Below, piece by piece: positions 8,772 to 17,118 of a DNA stretch of 28,938 nt. The notes under the pieces are model-generated. The model saw nothing but the letters and a program-made list of their open reading frames with translations, was not told the origin of the DNA and did no database searches. The stretch lies in contig JBKSMP010000015.1 of the NCBI GenBank assembly GCA_046881885.1, forward strand, positions 1 through 28,938, given 5' to 3'. The stretch comes from Opitutales bacterium (GTDB taxonomy: Bacteria > Verrucomicrobiota > Verrucomicrobiia > Opitutales > UBA9783). A program made the translations under genes and the position numbers. Every line of letters begins with the position of its first letter. Positions within the stretch are counted from its first letter, which is position 1.

Positions 8772-10866
8772 AATTATGAATTTTAAAAACGTAAAACCCT
8801 TCGCTATAACAACCGCATTAATTGGTAGCTCATTATTCGGATATTGGGCTTTTGGAGCGGATGAAAATCCTTCCTCCATAGCTGATTATGATGTAGCTAC
8901 ATTGGATTTGAATGAAAATGATCTTGAAACAGAAAATCTTGCTGCAGAACCCACATTCATTGGTTCGTTAACCTTAGTCAACGAATCTTTAGAGCAAGCC
9001 TTAACTTTATTAGGACAATGGACGAATAAGATTTTGGTTCCAAATAGCAATTTGCCAAAAGTTTCGATCAATCTCGATATTCAAATGCCATTAACACGGT
9101 CTGAAGCTATTTCAGTGTTAAAAAGCGCTTTGGCAGCTAATGGTATTGCGGTAACTCCAATGGGGGAAAAAGCTTTACGTGTTATTCCTTCAAATCGTGC
9201 TAAGAGTAGTAGTCCGGAAATTAAAGATAGAGCTGTATTGAGTACTTTGCCAGGAAGCCAAGAAATTTGTTCGACGCTTTATCGTCTTAACAATCTAACG
9301 GCTCGTGAAGCAGCACGTATTATTAACCCTTGGGTAACACCATTGACCTCTTCTGTCGTAACTTTGGATAAGGCTAATAGCTTATTGGTAACAGATGCTT
9401 TAAGCAACTTACAACAACTCGATGTTATCTTGAAAAACATTGATAAAGTAGGTGATGTTCAAGAAGCTATTCTGTTCTTTGAGGTAAAAAATATCAGCGC
9501 AGATGAGATGAAAAAGAACTTTGAGGAACTCCAAAAAGGTGCCTTAAAATGTTACTTATTGGGAAATACAAGCTTTGCTTCCGATAAACACACCAATTTG
9601 TTTATTGCAGTTACCCCTAAAGGTAATGAAGCGCTCATTCGTCAATTTGTTGCTAAATTTGATGTTAATGTTGATTCGCTTACGCAACATCATGTATTTA
9701 AAATACAGCATGGATCTTGCAAAGATATGACAGATATCATCAAGAAGCTTATGCAGCAACAGCAACAAGTAAATCGTGATCATGGCAATACGGCCAATAC
9801 GCCTAATGCGAACATTCAACAAGATTCCTTCAGTTCGCAACTTAGCATTGAATGTGATGAACGTATGAATGCGATTGTGGCCTATGGAACCCCTTCTGAT
9901 ATTCGCCAAATCCAAAACCTGGTCGATCAGTTAGACGTTGTTTTGCCACAAGTCCGTATCGAAATTATCATTGCAGAAGTCAAATTGACGAAAGGCCAAG
10001 CAAGTGGTTTGGAAAACTTTGGATATTCTTTAGCGAAAGAAAAATCGAACGATCATACGATAACAACAAAGGTTGCAAGTATTCCAGGAGGATCATCCGC
10101 TTTTAGCATTAATCGATTAAATTTCCCCAAGTTTGGGATGGATACTGCTTTGAATGTTGCTAAAACCGATTCCAATGTCTCGATTTTATCTTCTCCAACT
10201 TTGTTAACAACTCACGCCCGTGAAGCTTCCTTGAAAATTACAGAAACACGTCCTTATAAAACAGGTACACAAACCAAACTAAATGGTGGTACTAATGCAG
10301 ATGTTGCTAATGATACCTATGAACGAGTAGATGCAGGTATTGAATTAACTGTAAAACCATTAATTGGAACAAACGGTGTTGTTCAATTAGAAATTGGTCA
10401 AAAAGTTGATAATTTTTCTGCGGGTAGTGAAACTAACATGCCTCATATCAACCGTCGTGAAGCGAAATCGTTTATTTCGGTTCGTTCGGGAGAAATGATT
10501 GTTTTGGGAGGTTTAAAGCAAAAGGAAATTACGGATCAAAAGAAAAGAATGTTTATTTTTGGAGATATACCTTTGTTAGGAGATGCTCTTTTCTCAAGTA
10601 AATCAAAATCAGAAGAAGTACGTGAATTAATTATCTTTATCCGTCCTTATGTTTTAGCAGATTTAGATAAAGCAAAAGAAAATTCGAATGAGTATAAATC
10701 TGATCTCGAAAAGGTTACGCAAGATGAAGTTAACAATTACATGGAAACAGGACAATTTTTGAAGCGCGATATCTTTGAAACGAAAAAGCGCAGAAAGAAT
10801 GCCCAAGTTCAACGTCCGACCTTACATGGCAAACGTATGCAATTAAGAGAAAATTCAAAGAAGTAA
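8761..10866 (+). CDS. gspD: Type II secretion secretin GspD
   Basis: Signal peptide (FAITTALIGSSLFGYWAFGA). N-domain repeats (e.g. LRVIPSN, LLVTDALSNLQQLDVILKNID). C-terminal secretin core VSILSSPTLLTTHAREASLKI, MIVLGGL, IPLLGDALFSSKSKSEEVRELIIFIRPYVL. An alternative start at ATG 8776 is possible. Confidence 0.9.
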   Translation: MKTKIMNFKNVKPFAITTALIGSSLFGYWAFGADENPSSIADYDVATLDLNENDLETENLAAEPTFIGSLTLVNESLEQALTLLGQWTNKILVPNSNLPKVSINLDIQMPLTRSEAISVLKSALAANGIAVTPMGEKALRVIPSNRAKSSSPEIKDRAVLSTLPGSQEICSTLYRLNNLTAREAARIINPWVTPLTSSVVTLDKANSLLVTDALSNLQQLDVILKNIDKVGDVQEAILFFEVKNISADEMKKNFEELQKGALKCYLLGNTSFASDKHTNLFIAVTPKGNEALIRQFVAKFDVNVDSLTQHHVFKIQHGSCKDMTDIIKKLMQQQQQVNRDHGNTANTPNANIQQDSFSSQLSIECDERMNAIVAYGTPSDIRQIQNLVDQLDVVLPQVRIEIIIAEVKLTKGQASGLENFGYSLAKEKSNDHTITTKVASIPGGSSAFSINRLNFPKFGMDTALNVAKTDSNVSILSSPTLLTTHAREASLKITETRPYKTGTQTKLNGGTNADVANDTYERVDAGIELTVKPLIGTNGVVQLEIGQKVDNFSAGSETNMPHINRREAKSFISVRSGEMIVLGGLKQKEITDQKKRMFIFGDIPLLGDALFSSKSKSEEVRELIIFIRPYVLADLDKAKENSNEYKSDLEKVTQDEVNNYMETGQFLKRDIFETKKRRKNAQVQRPTLHGKRMQLRENSKK

Positions 10867-10870
10867 GCAT

Positions 10871-11440
10871 ATGAGATTTAAAATTGTTAGATTAGGTGCA
10901 GGGTTGCTGTTAAGCACCTTGCTTTGGGGAGAAGACACTGAAAACACAGAAGCGCTTTTTGATGAAGAAGAAGAAAGCGAAACTGTTGTCGATACGGTAA
11001 CTGAGCCTGTAACAGAGGACATAATGGAGACTGCACCAGAGGTGCAAACTCATTCAAAGTCCTTGATTAAAAATTCGCCGTTTATTCCTTTTAAAGCGAG
11101 TAAGGATGCTCTTTCTTCAGTAGAGAGTGCAGATTTGGAATTTTTAAGTGTGGTTGATTATGCGTCATCGAAACATTCATTTTGTCTAAAAGATAAACAT
11201 TCTGGAAAAAGTTTTTGGATTCATTCCGATACTGGTGACTCAAATGACTATGGTGTTACTTTTTATCAGTATGATCCTGAAGAAAAAACCTTGGTCGTTG
11301 AGAATGATGAAGGCGAATTGGTTAGTATGGTTCAACAAAAGCCGAAATTGAGCCCATCAAGTGGATCCGGTTCTTGGGGTGGTGATTCATATTCAGACTT
11401 ATTAAGAAGTCTCGAAGATGATGATGATGATGAAGATTAA
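10871..11440 (+). CDS. Small acidic secreted protein of the T2SS operon (possible PilP/GspC-HR-like)
   Basis: Signal peptide MRFKIVRLGAGLLLSTLLWG, an acidic linker, a beta-rich core LEFLSVVDY..HSFCLKDKHSGKSFWIH..GVTFYQYDPEEKTLVVENDEGELVSM, and the tail EDDDDDED. Sits 4 nt after gspD and 13 nt before gspE. Confidence 0.6.
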   Translation: MRFKIVRLGAGLLLSTLLWGEDTENTEALFDEEEESETVVDTVTEPVTEDIMETAPEVQTHSKSLIKNSPFIPFKASKDALSSVESADLEFLSVVDYASSKHSFCLKDKHSGKSFWIHSDTGDSNDYGVTFYQYDPEEKTLVVENDEGELVSMVQQKPKLSPSSGSGSWGGDSYSDLLRSLEDDDDDED

Positions 11441-11453
11441 TAGGAGGTAGATA

Positions 11454-13169
11454 ATGAAAACAAGTCCTTTATATGCCTATATGGGTCAGGTTCCAAACCT
11501 ATTGGAACGTTTGGATAAAAATCAACGTTTAGAATTAGAAATGCTGCCTCTTTTTGAACGCATGAAGCAATTAGCCAGTTTCTGGGAACGTTCTGAAGAT
11601 TCTATTTGCCGGCAACTTGCTAAAGAATGTAAGATTGATTTTATTGAAGATTTTCAAGTTGCTTCAGAGGCCGAACAACAAATTCCTTTGCGCTTGGTTC
11701 ACGAATACCAATGTTTGCCTATTACCGTTGAAGATTCATCAAATCCAGAGTGTTTACATTTAGTAACGGTTTGGCCGCCTAGCCAGGACATGGTGCGTTG
11801 GATTGAAATTTCTTGTGGTCGAAAAATTGTTTGGTATTTGACCTATGCACGAAATGTAGCGAATACCATTATTCAAAATTTTGGTGTTGGATCGGATAGC
11901 TTGGATAGTGAATTGGTCGGAGCAGAGGCTGATGCAGATGAATCCAATGTTGAAGAAGATGAAGATGCAGCGATTATTCGTTTCGTAAATGAAATCATTG
12001 TAAAAGCTGTTACGGATCGAGCAACCGATATTCATTTTGAGCCGCAAAAGAACTCTATTCAAATTCGTTATCGTATTGATGGGCAGCTTGTTGCCGTAAA
12101 ATTGCCTGAAAATTTGGTAAAGGTACAAGCCGCAATTATTTCGCGTTTGAAGATCATGGCACGCTTGAATATCTCTGAAAAACGGCGTCCGCAAGATGGT
12201 CGTATCCGCTTTTCTTCAGGCCCTATCGAATTAGATATTCGTTTGTCATCCTTGCCAACGATGTATGGAGAAAGTATCAGCTTGCGTCTTTTGGCTCAAG
12301 GAAATCGGCCGGTTACCTTAGAAGAATTAGGTTTGATGGAGCGTGACTTAGAGATCATTGATCAAAATATTCACAAGCCGCACGGAATTATTTTGGTTAC
12401 AGGGCCAACAGGTTCGGGTAAATCAACGTCATTAAGTGCTTTTGTGCGTCGTATTCGTACTCCTGAAAGACGTATTATTACGGTAGAAGATCCAGTCGAA
12501 TATGAAATTGACGGTGTCAATCAGTCCCAAGTTCATAGCGAAATCGGATTCAATTTTGCAAGTGCTTTGCGTTGTATTTTGCGTCAAGATCCAGACGTTA
12601 TCATGATCGGGGAAATTCGTGATAAAGAGACCGCGGATATTGCTGTTCGTGCGTCTTTGACTGGTCACATGGTATTAAGTTCCTTGCATACGAATGATGC
12701 AGCAGGTGGTTTGACACGTTTGATCGATATGGGAATTGAACCTTTCTTAATAACGTCTTCCGTTGAAATGATTCTCGCGCAACGTCTTATTCGTCGCTTA
12801 TGTCCAAGTTGCAGCGTTCCAGCAGATATAGATGAGCGTAAATTAAGAATGCAATTGGAGCAATTAGGTATCCCAGAAAGTGAACTACAATATGCTCATT
12901 TGATGCGCGAACCAAAAGGGTGTGACAGTTGTCGTAATTTAGGTTATAAGGGTCGTGTAGGTATTTTCGAAATCCTTAATGTTACCGATCGCATCCATGA
13001 AGCTATTCTTCAAAACAAATCTGCTTTTGAAATTAAGAAGATTGCAATGGAAGAAGGTATGACGACCTTATACCAAAATGGTTGGGAACAAGTAAAACGT
13101 GGATTGACGAGTTGGAGTGCAGTTTTACGCTTTGCTGCAGTCGATTTATCAGAATCTTCATCGCAATAG
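11454..13169 (+). CDS. gspE: Type II secretion ATPase GspE
   Basis: GGAGG SD precedes the ATG. Walker A GPTGSGKST, Asp box ITVEDPVEY, Walker B DPDVIMIGEIRD, His box GHMVLSSLHTNDA, and tetracysteine CPSC...CDSC. Confidence 0.95.
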   Translation: MKTSPLYAYMGQVPNLLERLDKNQRLELEMLPLFERMKQLASFWERSEDSICRQLAKECKIDFIEDFQVASEAEQQIPLRLVHEYQCLPITVEDSSNPECLHLVTVWPPSQDMVRWIEISCGRKIVWYLTYARNVANTIIQNFGVGSDSLDSELVGAEADADESNVEEDEDAAIIRFVNEIIVKAVTDRATDIHFEPQKNSIQIRYRIDGQLVAVKLPENLVKVQAAIISRLKIMARLNISEKRRPQDGRIRFSSGPIELDIRLSSLPTMYGESISLRLLAQGNRPVTLEELGLMERDLEIIDQNIHKPHGIILVTGPTGSGKSTSLSAFVRRIRTPERRIITVEDPVEYEIDGVNQSQVHSEIGFNFASALRCILRQDPDVIMIGEIRDKETADIAVRASLTGHMVLSSLHTNDAAGGLTRLIDMGIEPFLITSSVEMILAQRLIRRLCPSCSVPADIDERKLRMQLEQLGIPESELQYAHLMREPKGCDSCRNLGYKGRVGIFEILNVTDRIHEAILQNKSAFEIKKIAMEEGMTTLYQNGWEQVKRGLTSWSAVLRFAAVDLSESSSQ

Positions 13170-13177
13170 GTTGGCTT

Positions 13178-14389
13178 ATGTTAAAATTTAAATATAAAGT
13201 TTCAGGCAGCAATAAAGAAGGGATTATTTTTGCCGAAAGCAAGAAGCAGGCCTTCAATTTATTGGTTCGCCAAGGTATACAAGCTTCTATTTTGACACAA
13301 GTAGGAGCTGATAAATCGAAAGATCAGACCAAAAGGGTAAAAAAGTTAGATTCTAAAATAGCACTTCCCTTTCTAAAGCGATTGTTGCAATTGCATGGAG
13401 CTGGTTTGCCAATAGGAGATACGCTCAAGATTTTGCAGACACGCTTGCAAGATGAGAATTTAAAAGAATTGGCAATTGTTCTTTGGCGCGAACTTAGCGA
13501 AGGTAAAAGCTTGGGAAGTGCCATGAAAAATTATCCCAACATCTTTGGGGATGACATTATTTATCCCATTGAAGCGGCTGAAGCTACAGGAAATTTAGCG
13601 CCTGTCTTGCAGGATATTATTCGTTTGTTGACCGAAAGAGAGGAGCTGAAGAAGAAGGTAATTTCTGGGATGTCTTATCCGATTATCGTTTCTATCATTG
13701 CGATAGGTGTGGTTATTTTCTTCTTATTCTTCTTGTTGCCTCGTATCGAAAGTATGTTGACGGCAATGGGTGGAGGTTTAACCTTGCCTGCAAAGATTTT
13801 GGTTGGTTTTTCTCACTTTTTGTTGTTTGGAATGCCCATATTCCTTGTTCTAGCGATAGGAGGCTGGAGTGCTTTGCAATGGTGGCGTAAGCATTCCGAA
13901 GTTGGTTTATTGAAAACAGATACGTTTTGTTTAAAAATACCGATTATTGGAAGCTTGGTACAGCTTGTTGAAATTTGCCGTGTTTCCAACTTGTTGTCAA
14001 CTTTGCTAGCTAGTGGTGTTAATTTGACAGAAGCCATGCGTTTAACAGAACGTGCTATTCGTAATACTTGTTTGCGAAAGATTTACCAAGAAGCCCGTAG
14101 TAAGATTAACGATGGTGTGGCTTTAACGATAGCTTTCAAAAACAATAAACAGTCTTTCTTTACAGATTTAGCGCTTGATATCTTAATGGTTGGAGAAAAT
14201 ACCGGTAATATGAATGATAGCTTTAAGGAAGTTTATACGCTTCATAATCTGGACATGGATACGCGTTTTAACAAATTGACGAGCTGGATAACTTCTGGAG
14301 CGCTCGGTTTTGCCTTCTTCTTGGTTGGCGTACTTGCACTCGGTATCGTCTCCAGCGTCATGCAGTTTAGCAGCTCTATCAAGTTTTAA
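13178..14389 (+). CDS. gspF: Type II secretion inner-membrane platform protein GspF
   Basis: ATG 13178 (MLKFKYKVSG...) gives 403 aa, the typical GspF size. Two repeated cytoplasmic helical domains and three TM segments. The ORF-track start at 13082 lies inside gspE and is rejected. Confidence 0.9.
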   Translation: MLKFKYKVSGSNKEGIIFAESKKQAFNLLVRQGIQASILTQVGADKSKDQTKRVKKLDSKIALPFLKRLLQLHGAGLPIGDTLKILQTRLQDENLKELAIVLWRELSEGKSLGSAMKNYPNIFGDDIIYPIEAAEATGNLAPVLQDIIRLLTEREELKKKVISGMSYPIIVSIIAIGVVIFFLFFLLPRIESMLTAMGGGLTLPAKILVGFSHFLLFGMPIFLVLAIGGWSALQWWRKHSEVGLLKTDTFCLKIPIIGSLVQLVEICRVSNLLSTLLASGVNLTEAMRLTERAIRNTCLRKIYQEARSKINDGVALTIAFKNNKQSFFTDLALDILMVGENTGNMNDSFKEVYTLHNLDMDTRFNKLTSWITSGALGFAFFLVGVLALGIVSSVMQFSSSIKF

Positions 14390-14399
14390 AATATATTTT

Positions 14400-14426
14400 T
14401 GAGAGATTTTTGCAAAAAATCTCTCA
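14400..14426 (+). terminator. Candidate intrinsic terminator of the T2SS operon
   Basis: TGAGAGATTTTT (14400-14411) and AAAAATCTCTCA (14415-14426) form a perfect 12-bp stem with loop GCA. It sits 10 nt after the gspF stop and is followed by ggTTTCTTT. The stem is AT-rich, so strength is uncertain. Confidence 0.55.
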
Positions 14427-14620
14427 GGTTTCTTTAAAAGTTTTTAGTTATTGTATAACCTTGTTGCATAATTATTTATGTGTAAATATTGTGTATTATC
14501 AAACCAATGTGTTACGCATTTTGAGTAATGATTTTTTAGAATGGTGGAATAAAGATTAAAATGTAACCCTTTACTCTTCTGCACTTCACAGTTGAACTTG
14601 CAGCATGATTAAAAAAAGTA

Positions 14621-14649
14621 TTTACATTTTATTTTTAAATTAATAGAAT
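14621..14649 (+). promoter_or_regulatory. Sigma70-like promoter for sctY-sctV (TTTACA-N17-TAGAAT)
   Basis: -35 TTTACA at 14621-14626, a 17-nt spacer, and -10 TAGAAT at 14644-14649. Then 6 nt (gattac) before the ATG at 14656. No SD present. Confidence 0.4.
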
Positions 14650-14655
14650 GATTAC

Positions 14656-15000
14656 ATGGATGGTTTAAAGGAAGAGCAAATAGAGTTTTTGTATTTGTTG
14701 GCCTATTTGTATATGCAACAATCAAAATTCGATTTGGCGCTTCAACTATTTAGAATTTTACGTTTGCATACTGCCAAAAACATGAAAATTGCTTTGGCTT
14801 TAGCATCTTGTTTACACAAAGCAAAGCGATTTGAGGAAGCGCTTAAAGTACTGACTTCTATTGATCATGAAACATTGCCGCATGCACAAAAAGTAGCTTA
14901 TTTTTACATTAATAGTAAGATTTTGTGGGATTTGAAGCAACAAGAAGAATCTCGTAAAATGTTACATCACTATTTAAAATTGAGGCAAGTAAAAGAATGA
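14656..15000 (+). CDS. sctY: YscY/SctY-like TPR-type T3SS chaperone
   Basis: 114 aa, the same length as Yersinia YscY as I recall it, and immediately upstream of sctV with an ATGA overlap. Helical TPR-like repeats. EFLYLLAYL and the C-terminal HHYLKLR resemble YscY EFLLLNGWL and QHYLELK. Comparison is from memory, not an alignment. Confidence 0.55.
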   Translation: MDGLKEEQIEFLYLLAYLYMQQSKFDLALQLFRILRLHTAKNMKIALALASCLHKAKRFEEALKVLTSIDHETLPHAQKVAYFYINSKILWDLKQQEESRKMLHHYLKLRQVKE

Positions 15001-17087
15001 GTTTTGTAAATAATTTACAGAAATTTGTCGCAAAATATTCACGATTTAATGACGTTTTTTTAGCGGTATTGGTTGTTGCAGTTATTGCGTTGATGATTAT
15101 GCCTGTTCCGCCGGGCGTTCTCGATACTTTGCTCGCTTTGAATCTTACGATTTCTGTTGTTTTGCTTATGATGGCATTGTACATCCCGAATGTATTGTCA
15201 TTTTCAACGTTTCCAAGTATGTTATTGTTTACAACCTTGTTTCGCTTGGCCTTGAACATTACAACAACGCGTATGATTTTGCTACACGCTAGTGCAGGTG
15301 AAATTATTTTCACTTTCGGAAATTTCGTTGTTGGTGGAAATTTCGTTGTTGGAGCGGTGGTCTTCCTTATTTTGCTTTTGGTCAATTTCTTGGTTATTAC
15401 GAAAGGTGCTGAGCGTGTTGCTGAAGTTGGAGCTCGTTTTACTTTGGATGCTATGCCAGGTAAGCAGATGAGTATTGACGCTGATATGCGTGCGGGTACT
15501 ATCGACATGGATGAGGCTAAACGTCGTCGTTCAAATTTGGAAAAAGAAAGCCAGTTGTATGGTGCTTTGGACGGTGCGATGAAATTCGTTAAAGGAGACG
15601 CCATTGCAGGACTTATTATTACAGCGATTAATATTGTAGCAGGTATTATTATCGGTGTCACCCAAAAGAATATGGAATTAGGAAAAGCGGTTACAACCTA
15701 TTCCATTTTAACCATTGGTGATGGTCTTGTTTCTCAGATTCCATCGCTTCTTATCGCGATTACAGCAGGTATTATTGTTACCAAAGTAGGTTCTGACGAA
15801 ACGGTTTTAGGTCAAGATATCGGATCACAATTTTTAGGACAACCAAAAGCCTTACTTTTAGGTGGTGTCATGGTCATCGGATTAATGTTGATGCCAGGAT
15901 TTCCTAAATTACCATTCCTTGTACTTGCTGTCTGTATTATAAGTGTTGGCTATGCACTCAACAATTCCAAATCGACCAAGCGAAAAGCTGCAGCAAGTGG
16001 GCCCACGAAAGTCCAACATAAAGCCCCTGAAGTTTCTCATGAAGCTAGCGAAGATTCGGATTCGGACAAATTTTCTGTTGCAACTCCGCTTTTATTAGAC
16101 GTAGAACGATCGATTGAAGACAGTATTGAACCGGATGTTTTGAATGAGCAATTGATTCAAGTTCGACGAGCGCTTTACCACGATTTGGGTGTGCCTTTCC
16201 CTGGAATTCATTTGCGCTTTAATAGTGCACTTCCTCAAAATTCTTATCGGATATTGATCAATGAAGTACCGATTTCCCGTGGTAAACTTTTGCCTAAACA
16301 TGTTATTGCTCGTGAAACCAAAGAAAATTTGGAGATGTTAGGTGTTCATTACGTAGAAGAGGAAAACATTTTACCGCATTTGCCTTCGTTATGGGTTCCT
16401 GAAAGTGAAATTGAATTACTTAATGGGGCTAATGTGGCTTATATGAGAACCCCTCAAATTTTAACACACCATTTGTCTTATGTTTTAAAACGTTATTCAA
16501 GCGAATTTTTGGGAATCCAAGAATGTAAGTTCTTGTTGGAAAATATGGAACAAGATTACCCAGAAATTATCAAAGAAGTGCAACGTGTATTGCCGATTCA
16601 GAAAATTACGGATATTTTTCAACGTTTGGTGCAGGAAGAAATCTCTATTCGCAATCTAAGAAGTATTTTTCAGTGTCTCATTGACTGGGGGCAAAAAGAA
16701 AAAGAGCCTGTTTTATTAGCGGATTACGTTCGCTCAACACTCCGCCGCTATATCAGTTATAAATTTAGTGCAGGAAGCAATGTCCTTTCAGTTTATTTGT
16801 TGGATCCAAAAATTGAGGAAATGGTCCGTAAAGCTATTCGTCAAACCTCTGCTGGAAGTTACTTGGCTTTAGATCCTCCGAGTGCTAAGAAAGTTGTAAA
16901 GGCCGTTAAAGACGAAGTAGGGGACTTAAATCGCCTTGAAACGCGTCCTGTATTGCTTACGTCAATGGATATTCGACGTTATGTTCGTAAGCTCATCGAA
17001 ATGGAGGTTTATGAATTACCTGTGCTTTCACACCAAGAATTAACGGAGGAAATTACCATTAGACCGCTTGGTAGAATCCATTTGTAA
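14997..17087 (+). CDS. sctV: Type III secretion export-gate protein SctV (YscV/LcrD/CdsV family)
   Basis: 696 aa with long near-identities to recalled YscV. Examples: FGNFVVGGN..VG, ITKGAERVAEVGARFTLDAMPGKQMSIDADMRAG, MDGAMKFVKGDAIAGLII, LGVPFPGIHLRFN, IRQTSAGSYLALDP, MDIRRYVRKLIE, ending PLGRIHL. MSIDADMRAG and the C-terminal domain match injectisome SctV rather than FlhA. Confidence 0.95.
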   Translation: MSFVNNLQKFVAKYSRFNDVFLAVLVVAVIALMIMPVPPGVLDTLLALNLTISVVLLMMALYIPNVLSFSTFPSMLLFTTLFRLALNITTTRMILLHASAGEIIFTFGNFVVGGNFVVGAVVFLILLLVNFLVITKGAERVAEVGARFTLDAMPGKQMSIDADMRAGTIDMDEAKRRRSNLEKESQLYGALDGAMKFVKGDAIAGLIITAINIVAGIIIGVTQKNMELGKAVTTYSILTIGDGLVSQIPSLLIAITAGIIVTKVGSDETVLGQDIGSQFLGQPKALLLGGVMVIGLMLMPGFPKLPFLVLAVCIISVGYALNNSKSTKRKAAASGPTKVQHKAPEVSHEASEDSDSDKFSVATPLLLDVERSIEDSIEPDVLNEQLIQVRRALYHDLGVPFPGIHLRFNSALPQNSYRILINEVPISRGKLLPKHVIARETKENLEMLGVHYVEEENILPHLPSLWVPESEIELLNGANVAYMRTPQILTHHLSYVLKRYSSEFLGIQECKFLLENMEQDYPEIIKEVQRVLPIQKITDIFQRLVQEEISIRNLRSIFQCLIDWGQKEKEPVLLADYVRSTLRRYISYKFSAGSNVLSVYLLDPKIEEMVRKAIRQTSAGSYLALDPPSAKKVVKAVKDEVGDLNRLETRPVLLTSMDIRRYVRKLIEMEVYELPVLSHQELTEEITIRPLGRIHL

Positions 17088-17088
17088 A

Positions 17089-17115
17089 TTGAGAGGTTTT
17101 TAAAAAGCTTCTCAA
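17089..17115. terminator. Hairpin between convergent sctV and glucosaminidase genes (candidate bidirectional terminator)
   Basis: TTGAGAGGTTTTT/AAAAAGCTTCTCAA is an imperfect palindrome (G-U wobbles allowed). It starts 2 nt after the sctV stop and ends 4 nt before the minus-strand stop. Confidence 0.55.
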
Positions 17116-17118
17116 ATG

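Noticed and set aside
13082-13177. Upstream extension of gspF given by the ORF track (start 13082).
   Set aside because: The extension overlaps the last 88 nt of gspE in another frame and encodes an implausible Cys/Ile-rich peptide. ATG 13178 gives the canonical ~400-aa GspF beginning MLKFKYK.
14478-14528. 16-aa Cys-rich micro-ORF (MCKYCVLSNQCVTHFE) in the T2SS/T3SS spacer.
   Set aside because: It has no SD and lies in AT-rich DNA where short ORFs arise by chance. It overlaps the TGTGTA repeats, which are more simply read as DNA-level motifs.
14909-15661. 250-aa ORF on the minus strand, the largest of many antisense ORFs in the track. Others include 1292-1660 (+), 2691-2984 (-), 9556-9915 (-), 11760-12194 (-), 20985-21620 (+) and 26937-27317 (-).
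   Set aside because: Each lies fully antisense to, or nested in, a gene with strong family signatures (sctV, ychF, gspD, gspE, transporter, nrdD). Their low-complexity or odd composition is typical of shadow ORFs, and none has an SD.
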